Assembly: GCA_045863395.1 (NCBI GenBank)
Contig: BTVJ01000019.1
Span: 37,221-101,220 of the forward strand
Length of the DNA: 64,000 bases
DNA from: Myxococcales bacterium
GTDB lineage: Bacteria; Myxococcota_A; UBA9042; JABWCM01; BTVJ01
Direction: 5' to 3'
The notes under the pieces are model-generated. The model searched no databases and was not told the origin of the DNA. It saw only the letters and a list, made by a program, of their open reading frames with translations. The position numbers and the translations under genes were made by a program. Positions 34,881-44,754 of the stretch are shown in pieces (position 1 is the first letter of the stretch; every line of letters begins with the position of its first letter).

Positions 34881-36349
34881 AGGCTCAGGGAGGCCGAGTT
34901 GGCCAGGTCGTGGCGTGGCCGGGGCCACGGGGACGTGGCGAGGGGGCCCGTCGGCGCGAGGGCGCGCAGCACGACGCCGTCGCCGACGAGCAGAGCGCCG
35001 TCGGGGAGCGGGAGCGGGGCCAGGAGCGCGACGCGGCCCGTGTCATAGCACCAGACCGTTGAGCCGGAGCGGGTGACGGCGGCAGCTCCGCGCGACGTGC
35101 CGAGCAGGATGGCGCCAGCGATGGCGGGGGCGGTGCGGACGGTGGCGTTGCACGGGGCGAGGTCGGTGGCCGGCGCGGGCACGACGGAGAAGCCCGTCGG
35201 GTGGGCAACCAGCGGGGTCGAGTCTGCCAGGAGCACGACCTCGGAGCCGGGGACCGCGGCGTGGTCGATGGGGGCGTCGTCGGCGCCCGTGGGGGCCGCC
35301 CAGCCGGTGCCCTGGAAGCGGGCGGTGCGGAGGCGCGGCTTCGGGGCACCATAGAGGACGTGGACCCCGCTGCCGGGAGCGCCCGACGGCGGAAGGAGCG
35401 GGGGCCCGGGGAGCTGGGTGGAGGTGGCGACGACCTGCGCTGGGTCGGCCCCCTGATCGAGGCGCCAGAGGGTGCCGTCGGCGGCGGCCGTCACGACGAC
35501 TCCGTTGCGGACCAGGGGCGGGGACAGCGCGTCCTTGGTCGGGGGTGACCAGGTCCAGCGCAGGGCGCCGGTGGCCGCATCGAGGGCGAGGACCGCGGGG
35601 CTGACGCCATCGGTCACGAATACGGCAGCGGGGGCCCCTCCCTGGGGGTGGTGGAGGGCGCCGCAGGCTCCGGAGGCGCCCGAGACCAGGATCTGGGACC
35701 AGGTCGAAGAGGCGCCGAGCTGGAGGCGGCGAACGAAGCCACCTGCGGTGAACACCGCGGACCCGTCGGGGAGCAGCAGCGGGCAGGGGGCGGGGACTGC
35801 GCCGAGCGTGAGGGGGTCCTGCGTGGGGTCGCCCGTCGCCAGGTCGAGGACGTGGATGGCGGCAGGCCCAGCGCCATCGCGGACCGCGAGGATGAGGCGG
35901 CTCCGGTCGACGTCGACTGCCGCGGCGGCGGACGTGAAGGCGATGGAGCTGAGGGTCCAGACGGCGCAGTCCGGGTCCTGGTCGAGGTTGAGCAGGCCGG
36001 GCGGGCAGCAGCCGTCGGCGGGACCGGGGGCGCAGGGCGAGGCGTCGGGGGCCGTGTCCACGGGGGCCGTGTCGTGCGGTGGGGCGCTGTCTGTGGACGT
36101 GTCCGCTTGGGGGGCGTCAGGCAGGGCAGCCACCGAGTCGTCGAGCGACGCAGAGTCCAGCGGGCCGGAGACGACGTCGAAGGGCGCCTTCTCGACCCCG
36201 GAGACCGCCTCCTGCAAGCAGTACCCGGTGTAGCAGCGCGTATAACCGCGGGGACAGTCCTCGACGGAGCCGCACCGCGGGAGGTCCCACTCGGCGTAGC
36301 AGGCGGCGAGGGTGACCGTCGCAAGGGCGGCGAGGACGGCGCGGCGCAT
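34877..36349 (-). CDS. Lipoprotein with PQQ-like beta-propeller
   Basis: Lipobox TLAA-C; LALDAATGALRWTW; terminal SPWP..RHD.ANS. Confidence 0.8.
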   Translation of the reverse strand: MRRAVLAALATVTLAACYAEWDLPRCGSVEDCPRGYTRCYTGYCLQEAVSGVEKAPFDVVSGPLDSASLDDSVAALPDAPQADTSTDSAPPHDTAPVDTAPDASPCAPGPADGCCPPGLLNLDQDPDCAVWTLSSIAFTSAAAAVDVDRSRLILAVRDGAGPAAIHVLDLATGDPTQDPLTLGAVPAPCPLLLPDGSAVFTAGGFVRRLQLGASSTWSQILVSGASGACGALHHPQGGAPAAVFVTDGVSPAVLALDAATGALRWTWSPPTKDALSPPLVRNGVVVTAAADGTLWRLDQGADPAQVVATSTQLPGPPLLPPSGAPGSGVHVLYGAPKPRLRTARFQGTGWAAPTGADDAPIDHAAVPGSEVVLLADSTPLVAHPTGFSVVPAPATDLAPCNATVRTAPAIAGAILLGTSRGAAAVTRSGSTVWCYDTGRVALLAPLPLPDGALLVGDGVVLRALAPTGPLATSPWPRPRHDLANSASLSL

Positions 36350-36352
36350 CGG

Positions 36353-37453
36353 CTACTTGGCCGCCGTGGGGTTGATGTCTTTGCAGCAGCGGGCGTAGGC
36401 GTCACCCGCGTGGATGAAGTAGGTCTTCACCTCATCGCAGTCCTTCCCCGTAAGCGCGAGAGCCTTCCCCTCGGGCGAGAGCTGGTCCATGAACTCGTCC
36501 ACGTCGAAGCCCCCCCCGGGAGCCTTGTCCGAGGGAGAGATGCCCCCGTCGAAGCACGCGGCAAAGAGCTCCGCCGGGCCGCACAGCCGCTTCCCTTGCG
36601 CTCTGCAATACTGCGCCTGCCACCGCCATGAGTCCGTGGACGGGTTCCGCGACTTGTCGACGCAGTAGACGCCAGCCTTGTTGTACATCTCGGGTGGGCA
36701 TGGGCTCGCGAAGAGGGCGTCGTGGACGCTGACGCGCTGCGCGAGGTACTTGATCGCCGAGTAGACGGTCTCCGGTCCCGGGATCACGCTCGGATGAAAG
36801 ATGTAGTCCTCGATGAGCGTATCCCAGTGCTCCAACGCGATGCCGTCAGCGAAGTAGATCAGGCCGACGACGTAGTTGAGCCCCTCGATCTCGAACGCGT
36901 GCGCCGCAAGCTCCTTGGTGACGGCAGCCTCCAGGGCCGAGACGCCCTCGCCGAGGGTCGCGAGCGACGTCTCCAGGTCGTTGGCCCTGCTCGCCGCGAG
37001 CGCCGCCGTGTCCCCTGCAAGCGCCGCCGCACTCCCTGCCAGCGCCGCCGCGTTTGCAGCGTCCTCTACGTCGGTGGTCAGGAGCTGCGTCGTCAGGTCG
37101 AGCGCCTCTCCCAGCGTCTGCACGTTGGTGGCCTGAACATGGGTCTTCGCGGAATCGAAGGCGACGTCGCGCGCCACGGGGGGCTCGGGCGTTACCGGCG
37201 ACGGAGCTTCCTCCAACGCAGCGACCCGCGCGGTCAACGCCACCAGGCCGCTGGCGAGCTTCTCCAACGCCGCCTGGACGTCGGCCGCACCGAGAGCAGG
37301 GATCTCGGGCTCTACGGCGATCTCGGCGGCGGCGGGGACGCGGGCCGAGTCGGGGTTCACGGCCACGTCGGCCCTGCCTGTTGGGGCCACGGCGTCATCG
37401 TCGCAGGCCAGCAGAGCACCAGCCGTCACCACCAGCCATACGCCGCGTTTCAT
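36353..37453 (-). CDS. Lipoprotein with Ala-rich coiled coil and C-terminal Cys-containing FGE/C-type-lectin-like domain
   Basis: GGAG RBS; lipobox ALLA-C; CPPEM...YCVD...CRAQGKRLC..EL..AC...ARCC. Confidence 0.7.
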   Translation of the reverse strand: MKRGVWLVVTAGALLACDDDAVAPTGRADVAVNPDSARVPAAAEIAVEPEIPALGAADVQAALEKLASGLVALTARVAALEEAPSPVTPEPPVARDVAFDSAKTHVQATNVQTLGEALDLTTQLLTTDVEDAANAAALAGSAAALAGDTAALAASRANDLETSLATLGEGVSALEAAVTKELAAHAFEIEGLNYVVGLIYFADGIALEHWDTLIEDYIFHPSVIPGPETVYSAIKYLAQRVSVHDALFASPCPPEMYNKAGVYCVDKSRNPSTDSWRWQAQYCRAQGKRLCGPAELFAACFDGGISPSDKAPGGGFDVDEFMDQLSPEGKALALTGKDCDEVKTYFIHAGDAYARCCKDINPTAAK

Positions 37454-37466
37454 TCGCTCCTCCCTG

Positions 37467-40400
37467 TCAAAATGTTGGTTCGACTGGCGGGACGACGCCC
37501 TCGGTCCCCATCCCCGCACCACCCAGAAGGTCTGACGTGGCCGGTGCCACTGCCAAGCGAACGCCGCCAGCGGGCGCCTCGTGCTGCACCGCGAATGGAG
37601 TGGGGTCGACCCCTGCCCCGGGGGCCACGTCGAACCCGACAATCACTCGCGGGTTGTAGAACTTCACCGCCGCTCCCGGTGATGGGGGGCTGCACGTGCT
37701 CACGGAGCCGGACCCCGCATACGTCGCCGGCGTGCTCGCGGGCCCCCCGTTGCAGGGGCTGAACTTGTTCGGCACCGGATAGAAGATCCAGGGGCCGTTC
37801 AACCCGATGAGCTTCACGGGCACATCCACGGCACAGATGACGTGAGTCTGCACGCGCCACTCCAGTGTCACGCTGCTGTTGGCGCCGATCTCACCCTCCC
37901 AGGTGACCGCCTCGACGGCAGAGCCACCCGGCTCAGGAATCACCCACAGCCGGTGCTCCACAGGAATGGTCACCTGCTCCACGGGGATCGGGACCTTGGC
38001 GATGCACCCGGGAGCGACAGGCGGCCCGTTGTAGTCCCAGCCATCCCATTGGTAGCTGCACTGGCCCTTGGAGCACCCGGTGGCGGCGGCCTCGAAGGGC
38101 AGGTAGCAGTGGCGCTCGTGTCGCCGCAGCCGCCGGGTGGAGATCGACGGTACCGCTGCCACCTGCGGTACGCCGTGGGGGTTGACGACCTTCCACCGCG
38201 CCACCACATAGCCGGCGTCCGTGACGCCGGGAGGCGCCACCAGGGCAAACGGGACGTGGGCGAGCGCCGTGTCGACGCTGTAGGTGAGCAGCTCGTCGGG
38301 GGCACCCGTCGGCGGAAGGGTCTCTATCCACAGAGGAGGCGTGAGCAGCGCAACCGTGAACCGCACGACCACCACCGGCGACTCGTTGCCGGCCGCGTCG
38401 ACCGCGACGACCCGCAACACCAGGGACCGGCCGGCAAGCGTGGCGAAGTCCACGCCGAACACCCCGCTGCACACCAACGCCAGATGGAGCCCCGCCTTGT
38501 CGAGGTCGGCGAGCGCCGGCCCGGCCAACTGCACTTCCCCGCCACCGCCAGTGTCCTCCCCCAGCGTGACGAGCACCTTGACCGAAGGATCAGCGGCATC
38601 CTTGGCGGCAAAGCGGAGCACCGGCGTGTGGGCACCGCAGGCTGTCTCGGACGTGAGCATGATGAGCGGCTTCGAGCACGTCCCCGGCGAGCAGCTGCCT
38701 CCACCCAGGCAGCAGAGGTCCATGAGGTCGTCCTTCACGAGCGCCTCGCCCCAACTTGGCGCCTCCTCCTTGGTTCCCTCGGTCAACACCAAACCATAGG
38801 GATCGACCACCTCCGACTTCACCGGCGTCAACGCTGGCGGCACCGTGTCCCGCACCAGCAAGTAGGGCACGTGCGCCGCGTTCCCGACGGCGTCCCACGC
38901 GTCGATCTGGTACACGTTCGCCCCTTCGCTGACGAGCGGGAGCGGCCCCCTCCATGCGCCACCATCGAACACAAGGGCCACCGGCTCACAGCCCTCGCAG
39001 CCGGGCACGACCTGAACCTCGACGACGCCCGAGCCTGCATCCGCCACCGGCACCACGACGTGCGCCTCCGTCGCGGAGAGCCAGGCCCCGGACCCCGGGC
39101 TCGCCCCCGCAACATCGACGACAGGCGCCGTCCGGTCCACCGACACCGTCCGTGTCGCCTCCGCCTGGAGCGCGTGCTTCGAGGAGTCCTTCGCGGTGAC
39201 CCGCAGAACGAGCGCTCCGTCGGGAACTGCGCCCAGCGCGACGCTCGCCGTCAGCACACCTGCGTCCACGGCGCTCGTCACGGATGCCACGGGCTCCGTC
39301 GCCAGCGTCACCGTTGCCAAGGGCGTCTTGTCCTTGGCGACCGCGGTGACCGGCAGCTTCTCGCCTGTGACCCACGCCCCCTCGGGTGGCGTCGGCTCCA
39401 CGAAGGCCACGACGGGCGGCTCCTCGTCGAACGGAAACGCGGCCACCCCCTTCGGGTACAGCGGGCCGTCGTCACCGGCGATCAGATCCAGGAGCCCACC
39501 GGGCACGTTCAGCACATCAATGCCCACGACACCAGCGCCCTCCGCCCACCCCGCGACCTCCAACGCCAGGGTGTACCGCGTGTCCTCCACGTCCACGGGC
39601 GTCTCGTCGGGCCACGCCAGCAGCCCCGACATGCCACCTCCGATGGCCCCCTTGCCGTCGAGCTTCGTGTCCCACAGGTCCGCAGCGAGCAGCCGCGCCG
39701 CGTCCAGCACGTCGCCCCCGCGCCCGGCGGCCACGCGCCCGAGCCCCAGGTGCGTCAGCCCCAGCACCGCCCCTGCGGACGGCCACGCGAACGCCTCATC
39801 TTCCGGCAAGACGACGTCCTCCACCGCCAGATCGAAGGGCTTGGGCCGCTGGAGGTGCTCGGCGATCAGCGTGTCAGCCAGACCCGGCGCGGCGTCCCGG
39901 TCCGTCCCCGCCTTGCGGAGCCCCGCCGCGAGCCCTGCGCTCAGCGTCGTCCAGGCATTGACCCGCGTCACGACGGCCCCCAGCGCGTCGTCCAGGCGCA
40001 CGACGGACCAGAGCACGTCGTCTGCCTTCAGCGCCTTCTGCGAGCCGCTCGCCGGGTCCGTCACGGTGCCGCCCGGCCCGCCCACCTCCACGATCCCCCA
40101 CCCTGTCGGAGCGGCCTTCAGCGTGGTCGCCGTAAACCGCCCGATGGCGTCGGTCACCGCGCTGGCGAGCAGCTCCCCGCCGGGGAGTCCGTCGTTCCAG
40201 TCCCGCAACGCCACGGCGGCCCCCACGATGGGCACCCCGGTGCTCACGACGCCGGTCACGAGCCGCCCGGGCCCGTTCTGCACGAGCACGCCGACATCCA
40301 CCCACGTCGCGTTCCCCCGCACATCCCGCGCCTCGATTACCAACGTGTGCTCCCCGTCCCCGGCCGCCACCGAGTCCCACGACCCGATGAACACCCCTGG

Positions 40401-40868
40401 CAGCGGGTTGGTGTCGGCGAGCAGCGCCCCCCCAACCCCGACCCGCAGCAGCTCCACCCCCGAAGGGTCCTCCGCCAGCACATGCACGAGCACCGACCCG
40501 GTCAGCGCCACCCCACCCTTTGGCGCCAGCACGGTCATGATCGGCCCGTCGTCGTCGTTCCCAACGTCTCCACCACCGTCCTGGAGAGCGCCCAAGACGT
40601 CCACAGTCCCCTGGGCAGCGCCGTCCGTGGTGCCCCCCTCGCCGTCCAGACCCGCGTGAGCGTCCGCACCCCGGCCCTCGCCCGCGTCACCAACGACACC
40701 ATCCCCCGGCCGGGCGTCCACGTCTTCACCCGCGAGCACCCCGGGAACGGCGGCGTCCCCGCACGCCGCGAAGCCGAGCAGGAACGCAGCCCCCCACGAC
40801 ACACAGGCCCCGCACCATTGCGCCCACGCGCTCCGCTCCCGACCGATCCATGACACCGCAGCAATCAT
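37467..40868 (-). CDS. Very large surface lipoprotein with multiple bacterial Ig-like domains
   Basis: Lipobox-like LLGFAA-C; repeated Ig ends (ARDVRGN, VDRTAP, AWDAVGN, RDTVPP, AVDAAGN); start uncertain. Confidence 0.8.
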   Translation of the reverse strand: MIAAVSWIGRERSAWAQWCGACVSWGAAFLLGFAACGDAAVPGVLAGEDVDARPGDGVVGDAGEGRGADAHAGLDGEGGTTDGAAQGTVDVLGALQDGGGDVGNDDDGPIMTVLAPKGGVALTGSVLVHVLAEDPSGVELLRVGVGGALLADTNPLPGVFIGSWDSVAAGDGEHTLVIEARDVRGNATWVDVGVLVQNGPGRLVTGVVSTGVPIVGAAVALRDWNDGLPGGELLASAVTDAIGRFTATTLKAAPTGWGIVEVGGPGGTVTDPASGSQKALKADDVLWSVVRLDDALGAVVTRVNAWTTLSAGLAAGLRKAGTDRDAAPGLADTLIAEHLQRPKPFDLAVEDVVLPEDEAFAWPSAGAVLGLTHLGLGRVAAGRGGDVLDAARLLAADLWDTKLDGKGAIGGGMSGLLAWPDETPVDVEDTRYTLALEVAGWAEGAGVVGIDVLNVPGGLLDLIAGDDGPLYPKGVAAFPFDEEPPVVAFVEPTPPEGAWVTGEKLPVTAVAKDKTPLATVTLATEPVASVTSAVDAGVLTASVALGAVPDGALVLRVTAKDSSKHALQAEATRTVSVDRTAPVVDVAGASPGSGAWLSATEAHVVVPVADAGSGVVEVQVVPGCEGCEPVALVFDGGAWRGPLPLVSEGANVYQIDAWDAVGNAAHVPYLLVRDTVPPALTPVKSEVVDPYGLVLTEGTKEEAPSWGEALVKDDLMDLCCLGGGSCSPGTCSKPLIMLTSETACGAHTPVLRFAAKDAADPSVKVLVTLGEDTGGGGEVQLAGPALADLDKAGLHLALVCSGVFGVDFATLAGRSLVLRVVAVDAAGNESPVVVVRFTVALLTPPLWIETLPPTGAPDELLTYSVDTALAHVPFALVAPPGVTDAGYVVARWKVVNPHGVPQVAAVPSISTRRLRRHERHCYLPFEAAATGCSKGQCSYQWDGWDYNGPPVAPGCIAKVPIPVEQVTIPVEHRLWVIPEPGGSAVEAVTWEGEIGANSSVTLEWRVQTHVICAVDVPVKLIGLNGPWIFYPVPNKFSPCNGGPASTPATYAGSGSVSTCSPPSPGAAVKFYNPRVIVGFDVAPGAGVDPTPFAVQHEAPAGGVRLAVAPATSDLLGGAGMGTEGVVPPVEPTF

Positions 40869-41567
40869 ACTCGCTAGTATCCCCTTCGCTTCCAGACAGG
40901 TCAAACCAAACACGGAGGCGCCTCGTCTTCACCGCTCCGCTCCAACGCAACGAGCCCCAGCCAAGGCCTCATGTCCTCGTCCACGCGCTGGTGAGGAAAC
41001 CCGGCGTGCGAGTCGCTTCCTCTCCCCAAACCTCGAACCGCTCCCAAGCACCGGAGGGTTGGCCCGCACCAACCAGCAGGATCACAACTTCCTCGCCCAT
41101 GGACCGCGCCGCTTCGCTGGACTGAGACAGCCGCCCCGCCTGCCCCCCCAACCAGCCGCGTCGCCAAAGTGGCCCGCAGGTCAACACTCATCAGCCACGC
41201 GGCAGGGGTAAGTCCCAGATCATCACTTTGCTGTTGACGCTCCACTCGCAGCTGGACTAACTTGACCGGTGACACACTGCGACGAGCCCCGGTCCCGAAC
41301 TGGAGGTGCCAGCGTGGAGGTTCATGATGCTGTCCCTGGAGCTGACCACCCATGGCATGGATGACTCGAATCAGGCCCTGTGCCGCCCCGCAGGCGTTTG
41401 TGACGACATGAGGCAACATCTCCAGCCGTGCGCGTTTCATTGGGACTCGCGCGTATCCGGTTACTCGGCAGTCCCTGGTTTCACGACGTCCGTAACAGCC
41501 CCATTGGAGGCTTTCCCATAGGGAGTACAGAAAGCAGACCAAATTGGAACGAGTTCCGGGAGGAAGA

Positions 41568-42026
41568 ATGATCATCCAACGTATGGGGTGGCTCTCACGC
41601 GCGAGCGCTCTGGGGCTGGTCGCGGGGCTGGCTGTCGGCCTGCAACCGTCGGAGACGTTCGCCACCAAAGACCAGGCGAGGCGCGCGGCGCTCGCCACCG
41701 CGATCTCCCTCGAGGCGGTCGGGTTCCGTTTTCGGGACCAGTTCAACATGGGGTTGCTGCGCAGGGGCCAGATCGCCAAAGTGCGTCTGACGCTGTCGGC
41801 GGGAACCGACTACGCGCTCGTTGCAGCCGGGTGTGGCGATGCCTACGACGTAGACGTCCACCTCTTCGACGAGAACGGCAACCTCATCGACCGAGACCGG
41901 GACGCAGCCCCTATCGCCGTCGTTCAGGTGACGCCCAAGTGGACCGGGACCTTCTACGCGCTGGTCACCATGTACGACTCCACTTACAACGGCGCCCATT
42001 ACACGCTTGTGACGGGCTACAGGTAG
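41568..42026 (+). CDS. Small secreted PPC-like (pre-peptidase C-terminal) domain protein
   Basis: GGAGG RBS; signal peptide; L.AG.DY...GC...DVDVHLFDENGN..D...P..TG.F. Confidence 0.75.
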   Translation: MIIQRMGWLSRASALGLVAGLAVGLQPSETFATKDQARRAALATAISLEAVGFRFRDQFNMGLLRRGQIAKVRLTLSAGTDYALVAAGCGDAYDVDVHLFDENGNLIDRDRDAAPIAVVQVTPKWTGTFYALVTMYDSTYNGAHYTLVTGYR

Positions 42027-42096
42027 ACTCGGAGCGTAACCGCGTCCCGCGTTCGGAACCCGCATTCGCAGTCTCTGCGACATCGCTCTGCACCGT

Positions 42097-44649
42097 CTAC
42101 AGCCGTCTCCGAAGAACAGGTGGATCCTGATGCCGAAGCGTCGCCGCAGCGAGCAACAGGAAGAAAAGGGCCTGCGTCCCCATAATCGCTAGTGAACGAC
42201 CGGTTCCTCCAACGCGGTACTGCCTCGCCTCCATGGGAAACGACTCCCACGCCCGCTGCTCGTCACCCGACAAGCGCCTGTGTTCTTGATTGAACACGGC
42301 CTCCGCCGCCCACCGCACAGTCGTCGGTGCCTCCAGGACCAGCATCGTGACCCTCTTGTCCATGACGTGTCCGTCACTGTCGCGTCCAGGCTCGATGAAG
42401 AAGCCGCTGAGCATGAGCTGCGCCACCACGAGGATCGGGACGAAGTTCAGCGCGCCGGTCGGTGTCGAGACAATGCACGACAGCGCGAGCCCCATGGCCG
42501 CGGCTATGATCGAAGTGAGTGCACACACCAGGAATACGGCGCCCACATCTGCTGCGAACCCGAGGACCGCCGTAACCGGAAGGACGAGGACCGCGACCTG
42601 CGCCACGGAAATCGCGCCGAGGACGAGTACCTTCGACAGCAGGTAGACAGGAATCCCCAACCCCACCATTCGTTCGCGCCGGTAGATGGGCCTCTCCGCT
42701 ACGACCTCCTGTGCGCAATTGAAAAGGCCGAAGAACAGCGAACTCATGACCAGGAAGAGCATCGGGGTTGCCCTCTTCGACGCCCCCTTGTCCCCGATGT
42801 CGAAATACGCCATCAGCAGCAGCCCGCAGATGACGATTGGCGGTAGCCCATAGCGTCGCAGCGAACCGGGCGTCAACTTCACTGTCGCCAGACGGCCGAC
42901 CAGCGCGGCGAGCTGCACCCACGGGGACGGCCGCGGCCTCTCCAGCGTCTCCGGCGGAGGAGCCTCCCGGTCGCAGCGCTCCGTCACCCACTTTCGGCAC
43001 ACCTCCGATTGCTGGTAGCGCTGAGCCCAATCCTCAGGCAACCGCTCCTCCAGGGCTTCGAGCACTCCCTCCGGCCCGGCCTCGACCGACTTGAACCACT
43101 CGTAGCTCTCCGGGTCTGGCGGTCCGAACCAAGCGAGTCGTCCACCCCTTCCAAGGACCATGGCCAGGTCGAAGCTGGCGTATAGCCTGACCGACGGCTG
43201 ATGGATGGTCATCAGGACCGGACGGCCCTTGTCGGCTATCCTGCGGAAGACACCGACCACCTCGGCAGTATCCCTGGAGGAGAGCCCCGAGGTGGGTTCA
43301 TCCGCGATGAGGATCAACGGGTCGGTGACAAGCTCCACGCCGATGTTCACACGCTTCCGTTGGCCGCCCGAGAGAATCTGCTCACTTGGGCTCCCGATGC
43401 GAAGATTGCGCTGCCCCGTCAGGTCCAGGCTCTGCAGGACCGACGAGACACGCCGGTGCAGCTCATCGTCACTTACGCTGTCCGGGAGCCGCATCCGCGC
43501 TGCATAGTAGAGCGACCTCTCCACGGTCAGGTCGGCATGAACCAGGTCGTCCTGCGGAACGTAGCCGATGAGCCCGCGGAACTTCTCGAAGTCTCGGTGC
43601 AGGTCGGACCCGTTCACCACAACCCGCCCCGAGTCTGCAGGTGCGTCCCCCGTCAGCGCGCGCAACAACGTGGACTTGCCGGCGCCGGACGGACCCATGA
43701 TGCAGGCAACCTCAGACGAGTAGATGCTGAACGACACGTCCTGCAGCAACCACTTGGCCGCGCCCGTTCGGCGATCCGCCACGCACCGGCCCAGCCCCTC
43801 TACGCGAAGGTCGATCTGCCCGAAGATGGGCTCGACTTGGACTCGACCTTCCTTACCGACACGTACCGTGTGGTGCGCAAGGTGGAGCACACCCCCTTGC
43901 CGCACCACCCGGTCGCCCACCCGTACTCCCTCGACGTCTCTTACAATCCGCACCTTCCGCGAGACTTCACCCGACGGAACCGCAATCTCACACCCCGTGT
44001 CGCTCCCGATAGTCAGACCGACACCGGTCTTGATCTGCACACCCGACTCCGCTTCGGCAGCCTCGGCCTGACGAATTCCATCGACGAGGAGGCTGACCGG
44101 GAGCCGATGGTTGCCGAGGTACAGCACCCCGTCGGTCGGAACCTCGCGCCACGACTCGCCTACCCGCACACCGCTTCGGTGACCGATGAACGTGCCGTTT
44201 CGGCTTCCGAGGTCTCGGACGCGCAGGGCCCCCGGCCGGCCCGTTACCTCAAGGTGGCGTGCCGACACCTGTGGAAAGGGCAACCTGATGTGCGAGTCCG
44301 CACTGCGTCCGACGCGCCAGATTGTGCTCAAGGGTGAAGGTTCGAACTCTCGCTTGTCGCTCGGGGCCCGCTGCGCACGCCGTTGCAGCAGGAGAGCAGC
44401 GGGAAACGCGCACGTCCCCAAGTAGAGCATCGCATCGTCGGACACCGAGACCCACTCGCGGCCGACACGCTGCCCCCATGGCCCTCCAATCCTGGTGCCG
44501 TTCGTGCTCCCTCGGTCCCGAATCTGGAGAGAGCCGGGCCCACCCCTTACATCGAGGTGCAGGCTCGACACCTGCTCGTCCGCAATACAGATGTCTGCGC
44601 GCTCGCTTCTCCCAACCGTCCTGGTGTCTCCAGACGCCCCACTACTCAT
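42097..44649 (-). CDS. FHA-FHA-ABC exporter fusion (Rv1747-like: FHA domains, NBD, ABC-2 TMD)
   Basis: VGRS..VSSLH..GSTNGT and VGRS..VSARH..GSRNGT; GPSGAGKST, YVPQDD, LSGGQRKR, DEPTSGL; C-terminal TMs with ERPIYRRER. Confidence 0.92.
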   Translation of the reverse strand: MSSGASGDTRTVGRSERADICIADEQVSSLHLDVRGGPGSLQIRDRGSTNGTRIGGPWGQRVGREWVSVSDDAMLYLGTCAFPAALLLQRRAQRAPSDKREFEPSPLSTIWRVGRSADSHIRLPFPQVSARHLEVTGRPGALRVRDLGSRNGTFIGHRSGVRVGESWREVPTDGVLYLGNHRLPVSLLVDGIRQAEAAEAESGVQIKTGVGLTIGSDTGCEIAVPSGEVSRKVRIVRDVEGVRVGDRVVRQGGVLHLAHHTVRVGKEGRVQVEPIFGQIDLRVEGLGRCVADRRTGAAKWLLQDVSFSIYSSEVACIMGPSGAGKSTLLRALTGDAPADSGRVVVNGSDLHRDFEKFRGLIGYVPQDDLVHADLTVERSLYYAARMRLPDSVSDDELHRRVSSVLQSLDLTGQRNLRIGSPSEQILSGGQRKRVNIGVELVTDPLILIADEPTSGLSSRDTAEVVGVFRRIADKGRPVLMTIHQPSVRLYASFDLAMVLGRGGRLAWFGPPDPESYEWFKSVEAGPEGVLEALEERLPEDWAQRYQQSEVCRKWVTERCDREAPPPETLERPRPSPWVQLAALVGRLATVKLTPGSLRRYGLPPIVICGLLLMAYFDIGDKGASKRATPMLFLVMSSLFFGLFNCAQEVVAERPIYRRERMVGLGIPVYLLSKVLVLGAISVAQVAVLVLPVTAVLGFAADVGAVFLVCALTSIIAAAMGLALSCIVSTPTGALNFVPILVVAQLMLSGFFIEPGRDSDGHVMDKRVTMLVLEAPTTVRWAAEAVFNQEHRRLSGDEQRAWESFPMEARQYRVGGTGRSLAIMGTQALFFLLLAAATLRHQDPPVLRRRL

Positions 44650-44754
44650 CGTCCCACCTTCGTCGCGTCCCAGGGGCGTCGAAGTTCCCTGCAATCCTTG
44701 GAGTGAAGTGGCCCCGTACCGCGACCGGGCCCTTGTGTGCCAGTGGATTCGAGG

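Noticed and set aside
40901..41779. 292-aa minus-strand ORF across the intergenic gap
   Set aside because: Overlaps the better-supported plus-strand gene at 41568 and shows no motifs or typical codon bias
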